From: Marsupella aquatica
Taxonomy: Eukaryota > Plantae > Marchantiophyta
Reading direction: 5' to 3'
Assembly (NCBI GenBank): GCA_973895155.1
Contig: OZ316896.1
Location: 558,001-622,000, forward strand
Length of the DNA: 64,000 nt
This document shows, in pieces, positions 37,258 through 49,847 of the stretch. The translations under genes and the position numbers were made by a program. Numbering within the stretch: position 1 is the stretch's first letter; each line of letters starts with the position of its first letter. The notes under the pieces were generated by a model. The model saw only the letters and a list, made by a program, of their open reading frames with translations. It had not been told where the DNA came from and did no database searches.

Positions 37258-40200
37258 GTTCTGTTCATCCAGTTTTGTCCCGGACTTTTTTTTTGCACCT
37301 TTTGTAAGTGCTAAGTGTTGGGATATAATCTAGACTGAATGAGACAGCATCAACATGTGTAAACATTTATCCATAGACTGACATTGAAAGTATGATTTTT
37401 CTCCTTGTCTGCGCTACGACCACGACCGTGAGAGAAATCCAATAATGCAAAATTATTTTCTCAATAACTTCTGCACGATATGGAAGGGATGCTTAGGCTT
37501 GCTCAAGAAATTAATAATTTTTTCATTCACACGGCAACCACATTTGTTGAAGACAGTAGAGGGAACGGAAAGCTATTGAGAGAAAGAAATAATTATTTCT
37601 TGAGCTAACAATATTCATCCATCCTGGGACGACTAGCTTTTCGCGAAAACAAAATGATCACTTCTCTCAGTAACTTGTGTTGGACCTTAGGGATGATCAG
37701 ATTTGTTCAAGAAATGATTCAATCACTTCCGTTCCCTGATTACTGTAGGGAAAATCAGGTTTTTCCAAATTAAATTAATTCTTTCTCTCAGTAACTTCTG
37801 TTCTGTAACTATACAGTAGGGACAACTTTTGCTTAAAAAACAATCAATTATTCAAAACATCAGTCCCTGGGGCATTAAAAGTTAATATCCATGAAACATC
37901 ATAAGTCTTCTCAGTGGTTGTTTTAGGAATATTCAAAGCATTCTGACTTGAAGCACTGGTTTATCTGAATAAAATCTGGAGAGTTACTTATGGCATTGCG
38001 CTTTAATTTGAAAAGAAAAATATCAACTTTTATTGCAGGGCATGAGCAAACCTGATTGTTTATGATAATTATCATTAAGGCCCTGGGCTGCCCCATAATG
38101 GGGTATAACTTACTTTGGACTGTATATCTATCTGTGTAAGCAGGGAAACATACAGGAGACGGTAACGAGTCTAGGCAACTCGTGAAACAAGTTTGCATTC
38201 AAAATGCGACAACGTACGATGACCCAAATCTGCGGACAGAGTTGGAATGTCTGCCCAAATGACTTCAGGGCCTCCAACTTACTCAAGTTAGAATGAATTC
38301 ACTGTAAATAATAGATAAAGGCTCTCTATGCATGTAAAGCTGTAAAGTAACAGGGTGCATTAATAGGGTGAGTTGACAGGGCGAGGTGTAGTGAATACCA
38401 ACTCTTTCTACAAAGCCATTTTTGAGGTCATTGTAGGAGTTGCTTTGGCTCCCTAGTACACCCAGTGGGGGGTTATGGAGGACCATGGCTGTATACTATG
38501 TGCAGTGTGGGTTTTTGACAGACACAAACAAGACCCGGACTACATGGAATGACACATAAAAGCCCAAACCAACATTGCGTCACGAGCTAGTCCACATGGA
38601 GAACCAGTGTGTGGATACTAGTTATTTCAATTAGAATTACTAATTAAACTTGTAAGTACTCTATGGTCCAATAAGTAATAATGGATGTCATTTGTCAATT
38701 GGCCATCTCAACTCGTCTTCTACTGACTAAAACTTACAATGTTGTTTGAAAGGCATGTAAACTAATCCATGTCCATTATGGAGCATTTCAAATTCCCTAG
38801 AGATTCCCATATTCCCAGAAAAGCTGTCTAATTGTGGAGGCAATTGGGTGCACAAGTTTGGTGTAGCCAGGATTGCGATGAATATGAAATCATGCTCAAA
38901 TTTTAAATAGTTTCACAAACTGACTCTTTTCAGTATATAATTTCAGGAACTTATAGAAACTCATTAGTAATCACAAACCCTAAGTTACAAGGCATCAGGT
39001 TTTAGAGCCATTAAGGGACACCCAAATGAAGATGAAGGGAGCAAACCACCATTGAGGGATTTTCAGCAATCTCCCTCAATGCGGATTCACAAGATTCTGT
39101 CAAATGTGGGTAACCAGAACTATTTTAGAGCTAGCTTTGCACGGGCAAATCTCATCAATTGAAAATCATTCAGCATCGTTAAGAGAACTCCTTCACTTGT
39201 CCTAATGCCCTCCAAATTACAGGTCCCATCTTTTGCAAAAGGCAAGGGCAAGGTGGCTTATATTTTGTCGATCAGGTGCAATTCCTCACAGCATTAAGTT
39301 CCACAACCATAACTGCTTTGGGCAAAAAACAAACAGCCAAGCTTAAACAAAAATTTCCATTCTACAATAGCATACAGGGAGACAGTAATACACGAAATTA
39401 AACCTTTCAATTCCAGGCCTCAGCTTTACTTCCACGTGCATCTACTTTCACTTTTGTTGGGTGCAGTTTCCTCTTTGACAATTGTCATGGGTTATGATTG
39501 AGGGACACATCTTTTAGCACAATTTGGGGCCATAAATTGACCACCGCAATCATCATGCAGGGATTCCCTGAGCCAAACAGCGGTCTCCCTAAACGATAAG
39601 GTAGATGACCATTTCAAAGCCTAAAAAATCCCTGAACTCATGGGATGATGCCACCCTTCTACAGCAAAAAGAACTAGTAAGTACTCTAATGAATTGCAGG
39701 TCATGTACGGGTGATAAATTCTGCATTGAAGGAGCCTGAATGTTTTTTGATGGTTGCACTAGAATAATACAATAATCTAAACTAGGGCATGGACCCTATT
39801 CTTGAAATTTCTAATTATCAAGCATTTTGTGTGGAATTCGAGAGTGTTTGTTTGATTGACAGAAAAACTCATTTGTATATGATAATTATCATCCTTCGTC
39901 GCTTCAGATCTAGAATTTGTGAGCCAATTTTTGAAGAAATTTTGCCTTTTATTTCTGTTCATAACCACCACATATGATTGTGGATGAACAACCTTAAAAA
40001 ACAGAGTCAGTCTGCTTTCCGTCTACAAATATGTGTGTGTTGCATTTTGGCCTTGGATTGAGCATGGATGATCTTCCTGAGACCTATTAGAAAGACCATC
40101 CTAAAGGGTGTACAAAAAGATGCACCTTTCTGCAACATGGCTCACCTCTTCCAACATTAATGTTGGGCTATGTTTCAATTTTTGTGCTGACTCAATAAAC

Positions 40201-41645
40201 AAATTACCTATGGTCAATAAATTTCTAGGGGCAGTGTTTGACAAAGTAGGGTACATCTCAATTATGGTCAAGGACCCCACCCGTCCATGATTCCATTGCC
40301 AATGTTGAATTGCCATTTCCTACAGTAAATCTCAGTGATAAATAACTGATTGGTTAAAGAGGCAAAATCTGGTCACTGGCAAGGTGGGCATGCAAGTGAC
40401 CTGCCTGGTACTTGGAATGAATGGATAAGGCCTGTAATATGTATATGCAGCACCATCCAGAGCTCATCAATCATACATGGTGTACAAGAACAGATGAATT
40501 TATTGGGAAACCTTCATAAGATTGTGCAAGAAGCTTCCAGCCACGACAAATGAAGATAGAGCCACAACGCCTGCTGGGAACAATTTCTTTGTCACTTTGT
40601 ATCTAATTCCCTTCAAGCCCAAAAGAAGTGTTGAAATTCCTGCATATTTGTATCATGTGTTAACTACTCCAATTCGTTCCTTTGTCCCTTTGAGGCATCA
40701 GGAAATTGCAAATACTTTACAAAAGCATACCTTTTCTCTTTCTCTGCCTAGTAGGTCAATTAGACAATTAACATGTATGCTTTGCCAAAATGATAGAAAT
40801 GAAGAATACAAATTTAAGTAATAGTACTAACACAAACGAGCCCCGATCTCAAAACTGTTTTCATCATGCCCAGGATCATGCCCAATGAACCCAAAACTAT
40901 TGAAAGTCTCTCTTTGTAACACATCACCTAGGGGAAATGTTAGCGATTAGAACTCACCAAGACCCATAGAGGATGCATACGAAGGATTTGTTACAAGCTG
41001 TGGATGTACCACATAGTACAGAGCCAAAGCCGAGGTTGCTCCGGTCACTAGAGAGTTTGTATTGTTGCTCTTGGCATGATCAAGTACCCCACAAGCTACA
41101 AGAGAACATGTCAATGATATAGATTTGATTCATAGGTCATTGATCATGTCTATATCTCTAGTTTGTACCAAACCGTTACCTTAAGTCATGGTTTTCCTTT
41201 TGAATAGTCGAAGTCTATGGAGTTGCCCTTTTCCGTCCTTCTAGCAGATAAAAGAGAGTTGAATTATTACTATATTATGAGTTCGTTCTAAATAGATAAT
41301 TAAGTTTTTCTAGGGTTCCTATTGTACCTCCAACAAGAGCTGCATATGTGATGGTAAGCTTTTGGAGATGTGATGTAGACATTGTCATAGTTGCCATCGC
41401 CATAACCTCAGCCTTGAGCACTTCCTCTTCTTTGCTCCAGGCTCCTCTAGTCTACGGTATTTTGTACTTCATCCTCACCAAACTCTATCGAGCTACAGAG
41501 TCACCAAACTTGCAATACTTGAAATTATTCTGACAAATTGAGAACAATAAAGGGTACAACAGGAATTTGGAAAAGCAAATTAAAAAGTCATAAACTGTTT
41601 TGCAAAAACAAGCATTAAAACATAATTGTCCAAAGTTACTTCTGT

Positions 41646-42100
41646 TTTCCTCAGTTTAGGGTAGGGCTGCAACCTTTCACAGTTCTTGTGGCCCTCCCAC
41701 TGCCATCAGATACCCACAGTCACCATTTAACAAAATAGCATGTATTGCGTATTTGATAAGGGTGGAGATCTGGGTGTGCTGATTTTATCATCATTCTACA
41801 CTCCTGCCTCCTCCTTTCACAAAACTGATTGTTTGTTCCTGAGATGTGGTTATTTTCAAAGGATGAACAATGAAGCAATGCCACTCCCCATGCCCACTTT
41901 CATTAATGTTTTTCAAGACATCTTTGTAGCTAAAATAGCCCAAAACACCCAGGTTTCCCTTGAGATTTCCAGTCATGCTTATCACACATCCAATACATTG
42001 ATACATACATGATTGTTAAGTGGTGACTGTGGGTATCTCATGGGGGTGGAGGGCCACAATAGTTGTGAAAGGTTGCAGCCTTACTGTAAAGGTGAGGAAA
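41646..42100. mobile_element. MITE or foldback element with ~85-bp imperfect terminal inverted repeats
   Basis: 41646-41732 (TTTCCTCA..GGCTGCAACCTTTCACA..GATACCCACAGTCACCA) is the approximate reverse complement of 42013-42100. No TSD was resolved. Confidence 0.7.
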
Positions 42101-42867
42101 GCACTATACGGGAAAGGGGCCACTTAATCTCCAGTAAATTAATCTCCCATAAAGAAGTCCTTAAAAGCTTCAAATGATGTCCTCTCAAACTTGAGAATGA
42201 TCCCAAAGTCCTCATAAGTGAATTCACTCAGCCATTTTTCTGCATTCACCAAATTACTGAAACTCACATGTGCATACCCATAAGTTTTTTTCAAATTTTT
42301 TTTTTTAAAAGGGGAAATCTGTGAAACCCTACAGATTGGGAAGAATCAGCCACAATAGTCTCTACTCAAGTGAGCTACCTTAAAGTCATGCCTCTCTGGG
42401 CACATACCCATAAGTTCTACAAGGGGAAGAATTTTAGGGTGATGAAATAACTATCCAAATCAGAACCCAAGGAGCCCTTAAAAAGGAACCTAAAGTTCTC
42501 CCTGCCCGGCCTCCCTACTCCATCTCTCAAAATTTCAAAAAACTTCTAGCTTTTCCTTAATTAGTTTGTTGATGATGACTGTAACTACTATTTAGAGAAA
42601 TGTTTGGGGGTGATGAAATGGCCATCATGATTAAGCATGGAGATATTCCCTGAAACATCCCCTTCTATTAGTGCCACCCACCAATATGCTGCATATGAAC
42701 ACATGGCTAAACCATAGACCTGAACCCTCATTAAGAATCCAAAGCCTTGTGTCTTCACGCCAAACTCAGGGCTCCAAATTGTCTTGAATGTGAGTTTACT
42801 CTTGTTTGGTTTGTTGGGTGTTCTTTCATCCTCACAAGCTGTCATGCTTATAACAATCACACTCTAA

Positions 42868-43119
42868 CTTGGGGGGTTGACTATGAAAAATTTTAGGAAC
42901 CACATGCGATCCAAAATAGTTAATTTTGATATAAATTAACTAAAGTTTTTAAAAGCGTAGGAGACAAAAGAAGGTATTGTAAATTCACATTTATAGAATA
43001 TTTTCTAATATATATTTTTTATAAAGTAAAATAAATTATTAATATTAAAAATAAAAATATTTATATTAGGCTAGAATCACACATGGTACCCCAAAATATA
43101 CAGTAAGTTAACTCCCAAG
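42868..43119. mobile_element. hAT-type MITE (252 bp)
   Basis: Imperfect TIRs CTTGGGGGGTTGAC / GTTAACTCCCAAG, an AT-rich core, and a perfect 8-bp TSD CACTCTAA (42860-42867 and 43120-43127). Confidence 0.8.
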
Positions 43120-44213
43120 CACTCTAATCATATAATGACCAACAAATTAAACATGCAGAGAGTTTGAAATCCTCAAACGAGCATCAAGAAAGCCCTTGCA
43201 TGCACAACATCTCTTCCAGTTCCACAGTTCTCTCAAAAGTTGGTTTGGCCATTTTGGATTGATCCTTTGCTCTTACTAGATAGTCTTTCATCTGCAATGA
43301 GCATGGGACCTTGGACTGAAATGGGGGCAAGTAATGGCAAATCAAGACCTGCAAGCTGGAGGAAGGCAATGAAATTATGAAGGTGATTGGCCTATGGTAT
43401 TGTTTGTGTGAATTTTCGTGATTGTTGTTTTCACTTTTGCAAACTGTTTTTTTCAGTGCAAAAAAATCCATTGAAACACGGGGATGATAAACTGGGAGAA
43501 CCATTTTTTGCATTTTTTTGCCATAACATAAAAAACCGCCAATGTTTGTAATAATTTTTATCGCAAAAATGATCATTTTGGCAGAATATTTCAGGTCCTT
43601 AATACACGATCCATGCATGCCCTACTTTAAAGTATTCTCAAGTAAGGGGACATTTGAAGATTCAGCAAATCTTTTGCCCATCTTTACTATTGAATTTGTG
43701 CACCCATTTCCTCTCTAGTGGATGTGGCATCACCTGCACCATGTTAAGGGATCTGTTGCTGGAAATTTTGGCTTTTGCCATTGGTACGTGGCAGTATACT
43801 GACAAAGTAAGTGCCTCTCCTGAGGTTCTCTCCATGCCATCCAAGTCCCCTTCCAAGTCTTTCTCGGTTCCAGCTCCAATTATGAGACACCCACTTAGTC
43901 ACACTTTTGCAAAGAACAGTCTGTTTCTTCTATTGAACCTGATGCAATTTTGGCAGTGTTGGTCAAATCTTCCACTCATAGTGAATTGCAGTTATCCTCT
44001 TGCACAGTCTCACTTTCAAGTATTGAAAGCAGAGTTCAATTAGACACTGAAGTTTCCAAAATCAACAAAAGCTTTCTAATCTTGAAATGAGTAGGTCCTG
44101 TTGCATGAGTAGCTGGATCATAACCATCAAGAAAGAAACAAAAAGACTAACCTTCACTGCGGCACTTTGCCAAGTGGGTGATTTAGGAATGATACGGTAC
44201 ATATTGTGTGAAA

Positions 44214-46783
44214 TCATTTGCTCGTTGAGGAGGAGTCCTCCACCATATCAGTCAAAGGCCTTCCCTGAGTCTCCACTGGGAAGAACATGACGGCCACCCC
44301 AGCAGCAACAGGCACTGCTGAAAACAGTGAAACTGCCAATCCCTGCTGACAATTCCTCACCAAGTCTACTGCTACCAATGGGCACACAAGGCCACCAACT
44401 CTAGCAATCGCGTTTGCGGTACCCAATCCAGTCGAGCGGTTGTTTGTCGGGTAAACCTGTGAGCAAGAGAAGCGGTCTTCAAAAGGAATGGGATAGCTAA
44501 CACATGTCAAGTCATGAAGGCTAGGCTGTGATAAGCTTGACACAGAGATATAGAGGAAGCTCTAGTACTTGAACTTGCTTTCTATCCAAAACCGATAGAC
44601 TGCACAAAATCCAGGATGACAGTCAGGGGACAAAAACAGTAATACAAGCAACCATTTGCTTTGAAGCACGCTTAAAACTACCTCAGGGGCATAGATGTAG
44701 AGGACAGTGAAGGCGCCCATGATGGAAGCACGAGCACCAAATAGGAGAAACGTAGTGAGATCCACTGACTGCACATGTACCAATGGCAAAAGAAAAGCAC
44801 CACACAGTGTAAAGAGTGCTGCCATGGAGCGCTTCCTACCCCACCGATCAACAACGTATGCTGCCACTGCTAGCCCTGGAATCTCTGTCACACACAGTCA
44901 TAAAGAAAGGCACTGTTGGAGCAAAATACAAACTAACACTGGTCAACCACCTCCCACCAAAAAGGAAGCATCAAAATACTCGTTCAATCGTCAACCCAAG
45001 TTCAATTGGCACAGTTGAGAATCCGTATGGCCTCCACAAAGCCTAACATCTATAAGGGATAAATTCTGACTTTCGTCGTCACTGTAAAACTGTATGTTAC
45101 TGGCGAGATAATTGTTACAACATACGGGGGTTGACACTAACCATCGAGGGGAACAGAACACAAAACTCGTCTCTGCTGGAAAGTCGATAATTATATAGAT
45201 GCCTACCTCCAATGCTGGAAACAAAAACATTTCGATATAGCTGGTCGCTGTCTGAAGCTGCAGAGATATTACCAGCTCCCTCTGGCCTGCAATTGGGTTC
45301 TCCCCCGCTTAATTGTGATGTCAGCAACACAAGCCCGTAATACGTAAATGCATTGGCGAAGAAAACAGACCAAAGAAGGAGTGTGGATGAGCGAAGTGGT
45401 GGCGACAGGAGGGAGGTGAAATTCGAAAATATTTTATTTAAACCCGAAGTAATGGTCTTCTTCGCGACAGTCCTATTTCCCTCACTGCCAAAGTGTTCCA
45501 AAAGTTCGACTTCGTCTGGAACTGTCGTTCGAACCATATCCCCCATTTTCACATTCCCATGAAATGATGATCCTGTCTCACCTTGGTGTCCAACCAGCGG
45601 CCTTGTCTGTACTAATCTTCCTTGTGGAAGTGACCTACAATTTACACTCGCCATCTGTTGAAGAATCTGAAAAGCTTTCTCTGTTTCCCCTTTGGCAGCT
45701 AAATACCTAGGACTTTCGGGAACAAGGGAGTAGAATAAGAGCAGGATTGCGAGTGGCACCGAAGACAAACCTAGAAGCCACCTCCAGCCCAAAGTCGGCA
45801 TCACCGCCTATACATCAAGAAGACAATATTTCCTCAAACCATGAGTAATGTTTTCAAATTTGCATCCTCATCCGGGTAGTTGGTGCCCTATGATCTCTCA
45901 TGATGCTAGTTGTCATGTCCAGAAAGTGAGGTTGTTGCAAATTACTAAAATACTTGGTGCTATACATTTAAATGCTCAAGCAATAGACTTCAGAGAGCTT
46001 CACATGAGCCGAAGCAAGAGTAACACTGAAGACTAACATGGTGGCTTTATGCGTGGATAGGAAGGAATCAGAACGGAGAAGATAAACTCACCCATGCCAA
46101 TGATGCTTCTACAATTGAACCCAAAGTCCAGAACAACGAGATGATAACCATCCAGAGGCCTCGATTGGCAGATGGTACGAACTCCATGAACCAGGCAGAG
46201 ACCACAGGTCCACCGCCAAGCCCAACGCCAACCAAACCCCGAAGCAGTATGAGGGTGAGATAGTTTGGAGACGTTGCACTCAACAAGCCAGCGACGAAAG
46301 TCAAAACTGCAGTGGCAAAAAACCCAAACCTGCAACGAAAATAAGCACTCTGGCGATCATCAGGTGGTTGCAGAAAATTACTTCAGGTTGGGCAAATTCT
46401 CAACGAAATTTTTAGCTCTAAAAACCTTTCATGATAGTGCTTTTACTATCGACAGCAAATAATATGTAGGTGAATGTACAAATACAGACCGATCAAGTCT
46501 TAGAGCATGAAATTTACCGTCGACCTTTAGCATCAGAAAGAACGCCCCAAGAGTAAGCTCCAATCATCATGCCTCCAAATACCACACTGGCAATTAAGCT
46601 TTCTTCACGACCAGTGAGACCCCATTCACTTTGCACTGCCGGCCCAATGAAAGAGAGCAGCATCATCTCCATGGCTTCCGCTGTCCAGGACATGCCAGCA
46701 TACGCCAGCAGCCATCCCTGGTATGGTCCGAAACCAGCCTGCTTGATGGCATCCTCAACCGTGAAAGTCTCATATCCGCCCAT
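44214..46783 (-). CDS. OCT7: MFS organic cation/carnitine transporter 7-like (SV2-related), ~516 aa
   Basis: Phase-consistent exons: 46783-46518, 46329-46092, 45807-45207, 44884-44682 and 44456-44214. Motifs: FTVEDAI..GFG, AEAMEMMLLSFIGP, SDAKGRR, PESPRYL, VDRWGRK and YAPEVYPT. An in-frame upstream exon (ATG at 47165, donor at ~47140, acceptor at 46825) could extend the N-terminus. Confidence 0.9.
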
Positions 46784-48460
46784 GTCATCCTCTTCTGTCT
46801 GGGTGCTACTACCAAGGCCAGGATCTGCAATTAGGTACTGTTGTAGGACATGTCTATCAGTTCTAACCTTCGGATGCTATCACCACCATCTAATGCTGAA
46901 TTTGCTCATGTTCACACAAAACTAACGAACTGGAATGCTTGCCGAGTGCTCTTAACACCACACCGACCACCACTGCAGTGTTCCCGTATGTTGATACAGA
47001 TGCTTGCGAAAGCAACCAGGACTGCTCTCGAAACCGCGTAACAAGTATCCATTCTATTCATCAAAGGAATTGGAAAAACAAATGCGGCTAAAACGCGATG
47101 ACGGTGCCTCAGGGCCTCAAAACTAAGCAAAAGGACTCACCTTGCAATTTTAACCGGCATTTCATTTGCCACTGGACGCTCTGAACTACGAGGAGGCCCT
47201 GGCTTGAACAAACCCCTGGCCAATCTCCCAGAACACCTCTTTCGTAGAATTGTACCGTCAGTCTCCAAAATGCTGCTGGGTTTCCATTCTCTAGAGAAGC
47301 TTTTCAAACTTGATCTAGGTGGAGAAATTCGCCAGTGTGGCCCGGCGTACCTTGGGGTCGAAAATTGAAATGAAAACAGAAAACTGGACGAGGACTTGGA
47401 CAAACAGGTTGGACGGCGTTCAGAAAGAGAAGTCGTATTGACTCGGTTTGGTTGAACGGAACAGTAGATAGGGTTCATCAACCCACCCTTCATGAGGAAA
47501 GGTTTTGCAGAAACCCCCGTCAATGCTGGATCATTAACACTACGAATTACACTCCCCTGGACGCTTGAGAGCCCGTAATTTCCTGAAATAAGCACGAGTG
47601 TCAACTCTAATGTTTCCTGTTATCTTGCCCAACAATTGAATATACAGGAGAGGTATGCCAAAATTGACAACAACCACCCGGTTCTCGTTGTCGCATTCAA
47701 AGAGCAACAAATCCCTTCTAGTATACTAATATAACCGTAGCCCATGCGTTCTGACGGTACCCATCAAGCAAACCCAAAGAATGATGGAATACTATTTCTC
47801 TAAAAATTGATTAGCCATGCAGTAGGTTTTCTCGTCCGCGGTGGAGATTTAGGCTACAGTGCCAGAGTGTTTTGTCACAATTGTATCCCCTAATTCGCAT
47901 ATGCTGAATTCAAGGTCGAGTGTCGTTTACTCTCCGGATTCGTCCTCACTGGTACTAAAGCATTCCTTGCTCTCACTCTCTCACAACTTCTCTGCCCTTC
48001 CTCAAGACAACTGGGGCATCTCTGCAATTCTACTTCTCTGTAATCCTACCCACTCTATAATGCCTAGTAAATAATGAGAGCTCCGCCGTTGCCCACTTGA
48101 ATTCTAAAAGCATGAAAAACCCGAGCACAAACAAACCCTCTATCGATGAGCTTCAATTACCAATTTACGCCCTCACCTCGGCCACAAAAACGCCGTAATA
48201 CCTCCGGAAACACAAGATTTGATCCTCGGGGACTTGGAGCCCAATCAACAAAACGAACACACGAACTCAAAATCACCTCATCATACACCACACACGGGAA
48301 CCACATAGAGCAAGGGCCGACACCATCCACCAGAGAAGAAAAGGGAGCACGAGAACTGAGCAGTGACAGAATTCAGACCGGAGCGTGAATATCCATACCG
48401 GGATTCTCTGAGATGCCACGACACCGAAATCGACGAAGACAATGGCAGCAATTCAAGAGT

Positions 48461-48510
48461 TCTTTTGCCTCGAAAAAACTCAGTGAATTTCATTCAAAAA
48501 GCCATCTACA
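48461..48510 (-). mobile_element. Very short 3'-end fragment of the same L1 family as 59369-60638
   Basis: TCTTTTGCCTCGAAAAAA..TGAA.TTCATTCAAAAAGCCA is shared with 59367-59411. Confidence 0.6.
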
Positions 48511-49847
48511 TCGGAATGCGGGTCCCAGCAATAACTTGCCAAATCCTGCATACTTGACTTTGAGTTTGCACAACGCAACGAATTCAACGGACAGAGCACA
48601 AGTGGAGATTGCATATGAGGGTCGCTCTCAAGGATAATTACAATGAAGTAATCCTCGCGTAAAAATTATTCTTGAGAAGATAAACAATAATTCAGTTTTC
48701 CAGAGTTGTACATATCATTTTACCCAATTTGGTCTCGTGGCAGAATTGACTTTATTTACCTCTTCTTCCAGTGTTAACTTTACTAATTCTAGTTTGCGAG
48801 GAAGTTGACGCTCCGATGGACCATAACAAAACCTAACGACTCAGAGACACCCAAAAGAAAGTGAGCATTCATATCTCTGAGTAACACATTTATTTTTGGA
48901 TGATCAATGCGTGTTTTGACAATCCACGGTGCATCTTGTGAACTGTTGCGGTTTTTGGGCTTCAGTTGGAATTTGCAAGGGAAGCAAACTTTGTAGATCA
49001 AAGCTCCCAGAGAACGAGCATTTTTATCTAATAGGTGAACGTCCATGTAATGAAGTTTGATTTCTTTGTGGACAATTGACTATTTGCTGAACTGGTCTAC
49101 CTGACAAGGTCGCTTGTTGACGCTGACATTATTTCACAGCATGACATCTTCATGGATCCTTGGTCCATGATCAGGCTTCTCCATGCTCAACTATAACTTT
49201 TGGGAGAAGGTGTCACTCGAGACATTCTACGGATGAAGCTGGCGGTAAGTGAGTGGCATTTTTCAGGCTGGTCTGCAACCACAAACCTTTCTTACTTGGA
49301 CTTGACCTTTCTTACAACTTGTTTCTTACTTCTTACATGTGCTCGACACCCAAATCTCACAATAGGGCGGACCTCTCGGCAATGAAGGAAATTCACGGAC
49401 TGATGGCAGATACAGTACTTCCGTCTGAACGTCGTCGCCTTGCCCAAAGCACATCTGTACCACACCCAAAGCCGACAAGAATGGCGACCTCTAAGTTGGG
49501 CAACTGAAAATTTAAGCCTTCACAATTGCTAAATACAAACTGACTTACGGAGGTTCTCCGAATCTCTTGTCGGGGCATGCTTCAGTTCTTCGCTCCCTAT
49601 TATGGTTGTGGGTCGAATATGGCAAGATGATCAATCAAGTGACGTGCCAGAGCATGAATATCCGCTTGAACCGAGGGCTCAGTGTCACCTATTTCTTACT
49701 TGGACCAGTTCACTCAGTTATCATGAGCATATCATATTATCATGCAGAAGTAAGTTGATGAATGGACAATGACAGGTTAGTCGTTGTTCCTGTCAAGACA
49801 GTTTTTCTTCGAAAAACGTTTCCATATTCCATAAATAAAGGCAGCTG

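Noticed and set aside
38900-41300. Decayed DNA-transposase ORF (e.g. DDCGGQF on the minus strand)
   Set aside because: Probably TE debris, but too fragmented to assign a family or boundaries by eye.
47860-48645. Solo LTR
   Set aside because: The composition is LTR-like, but no convincing TG..CA ends with a TSD were found.
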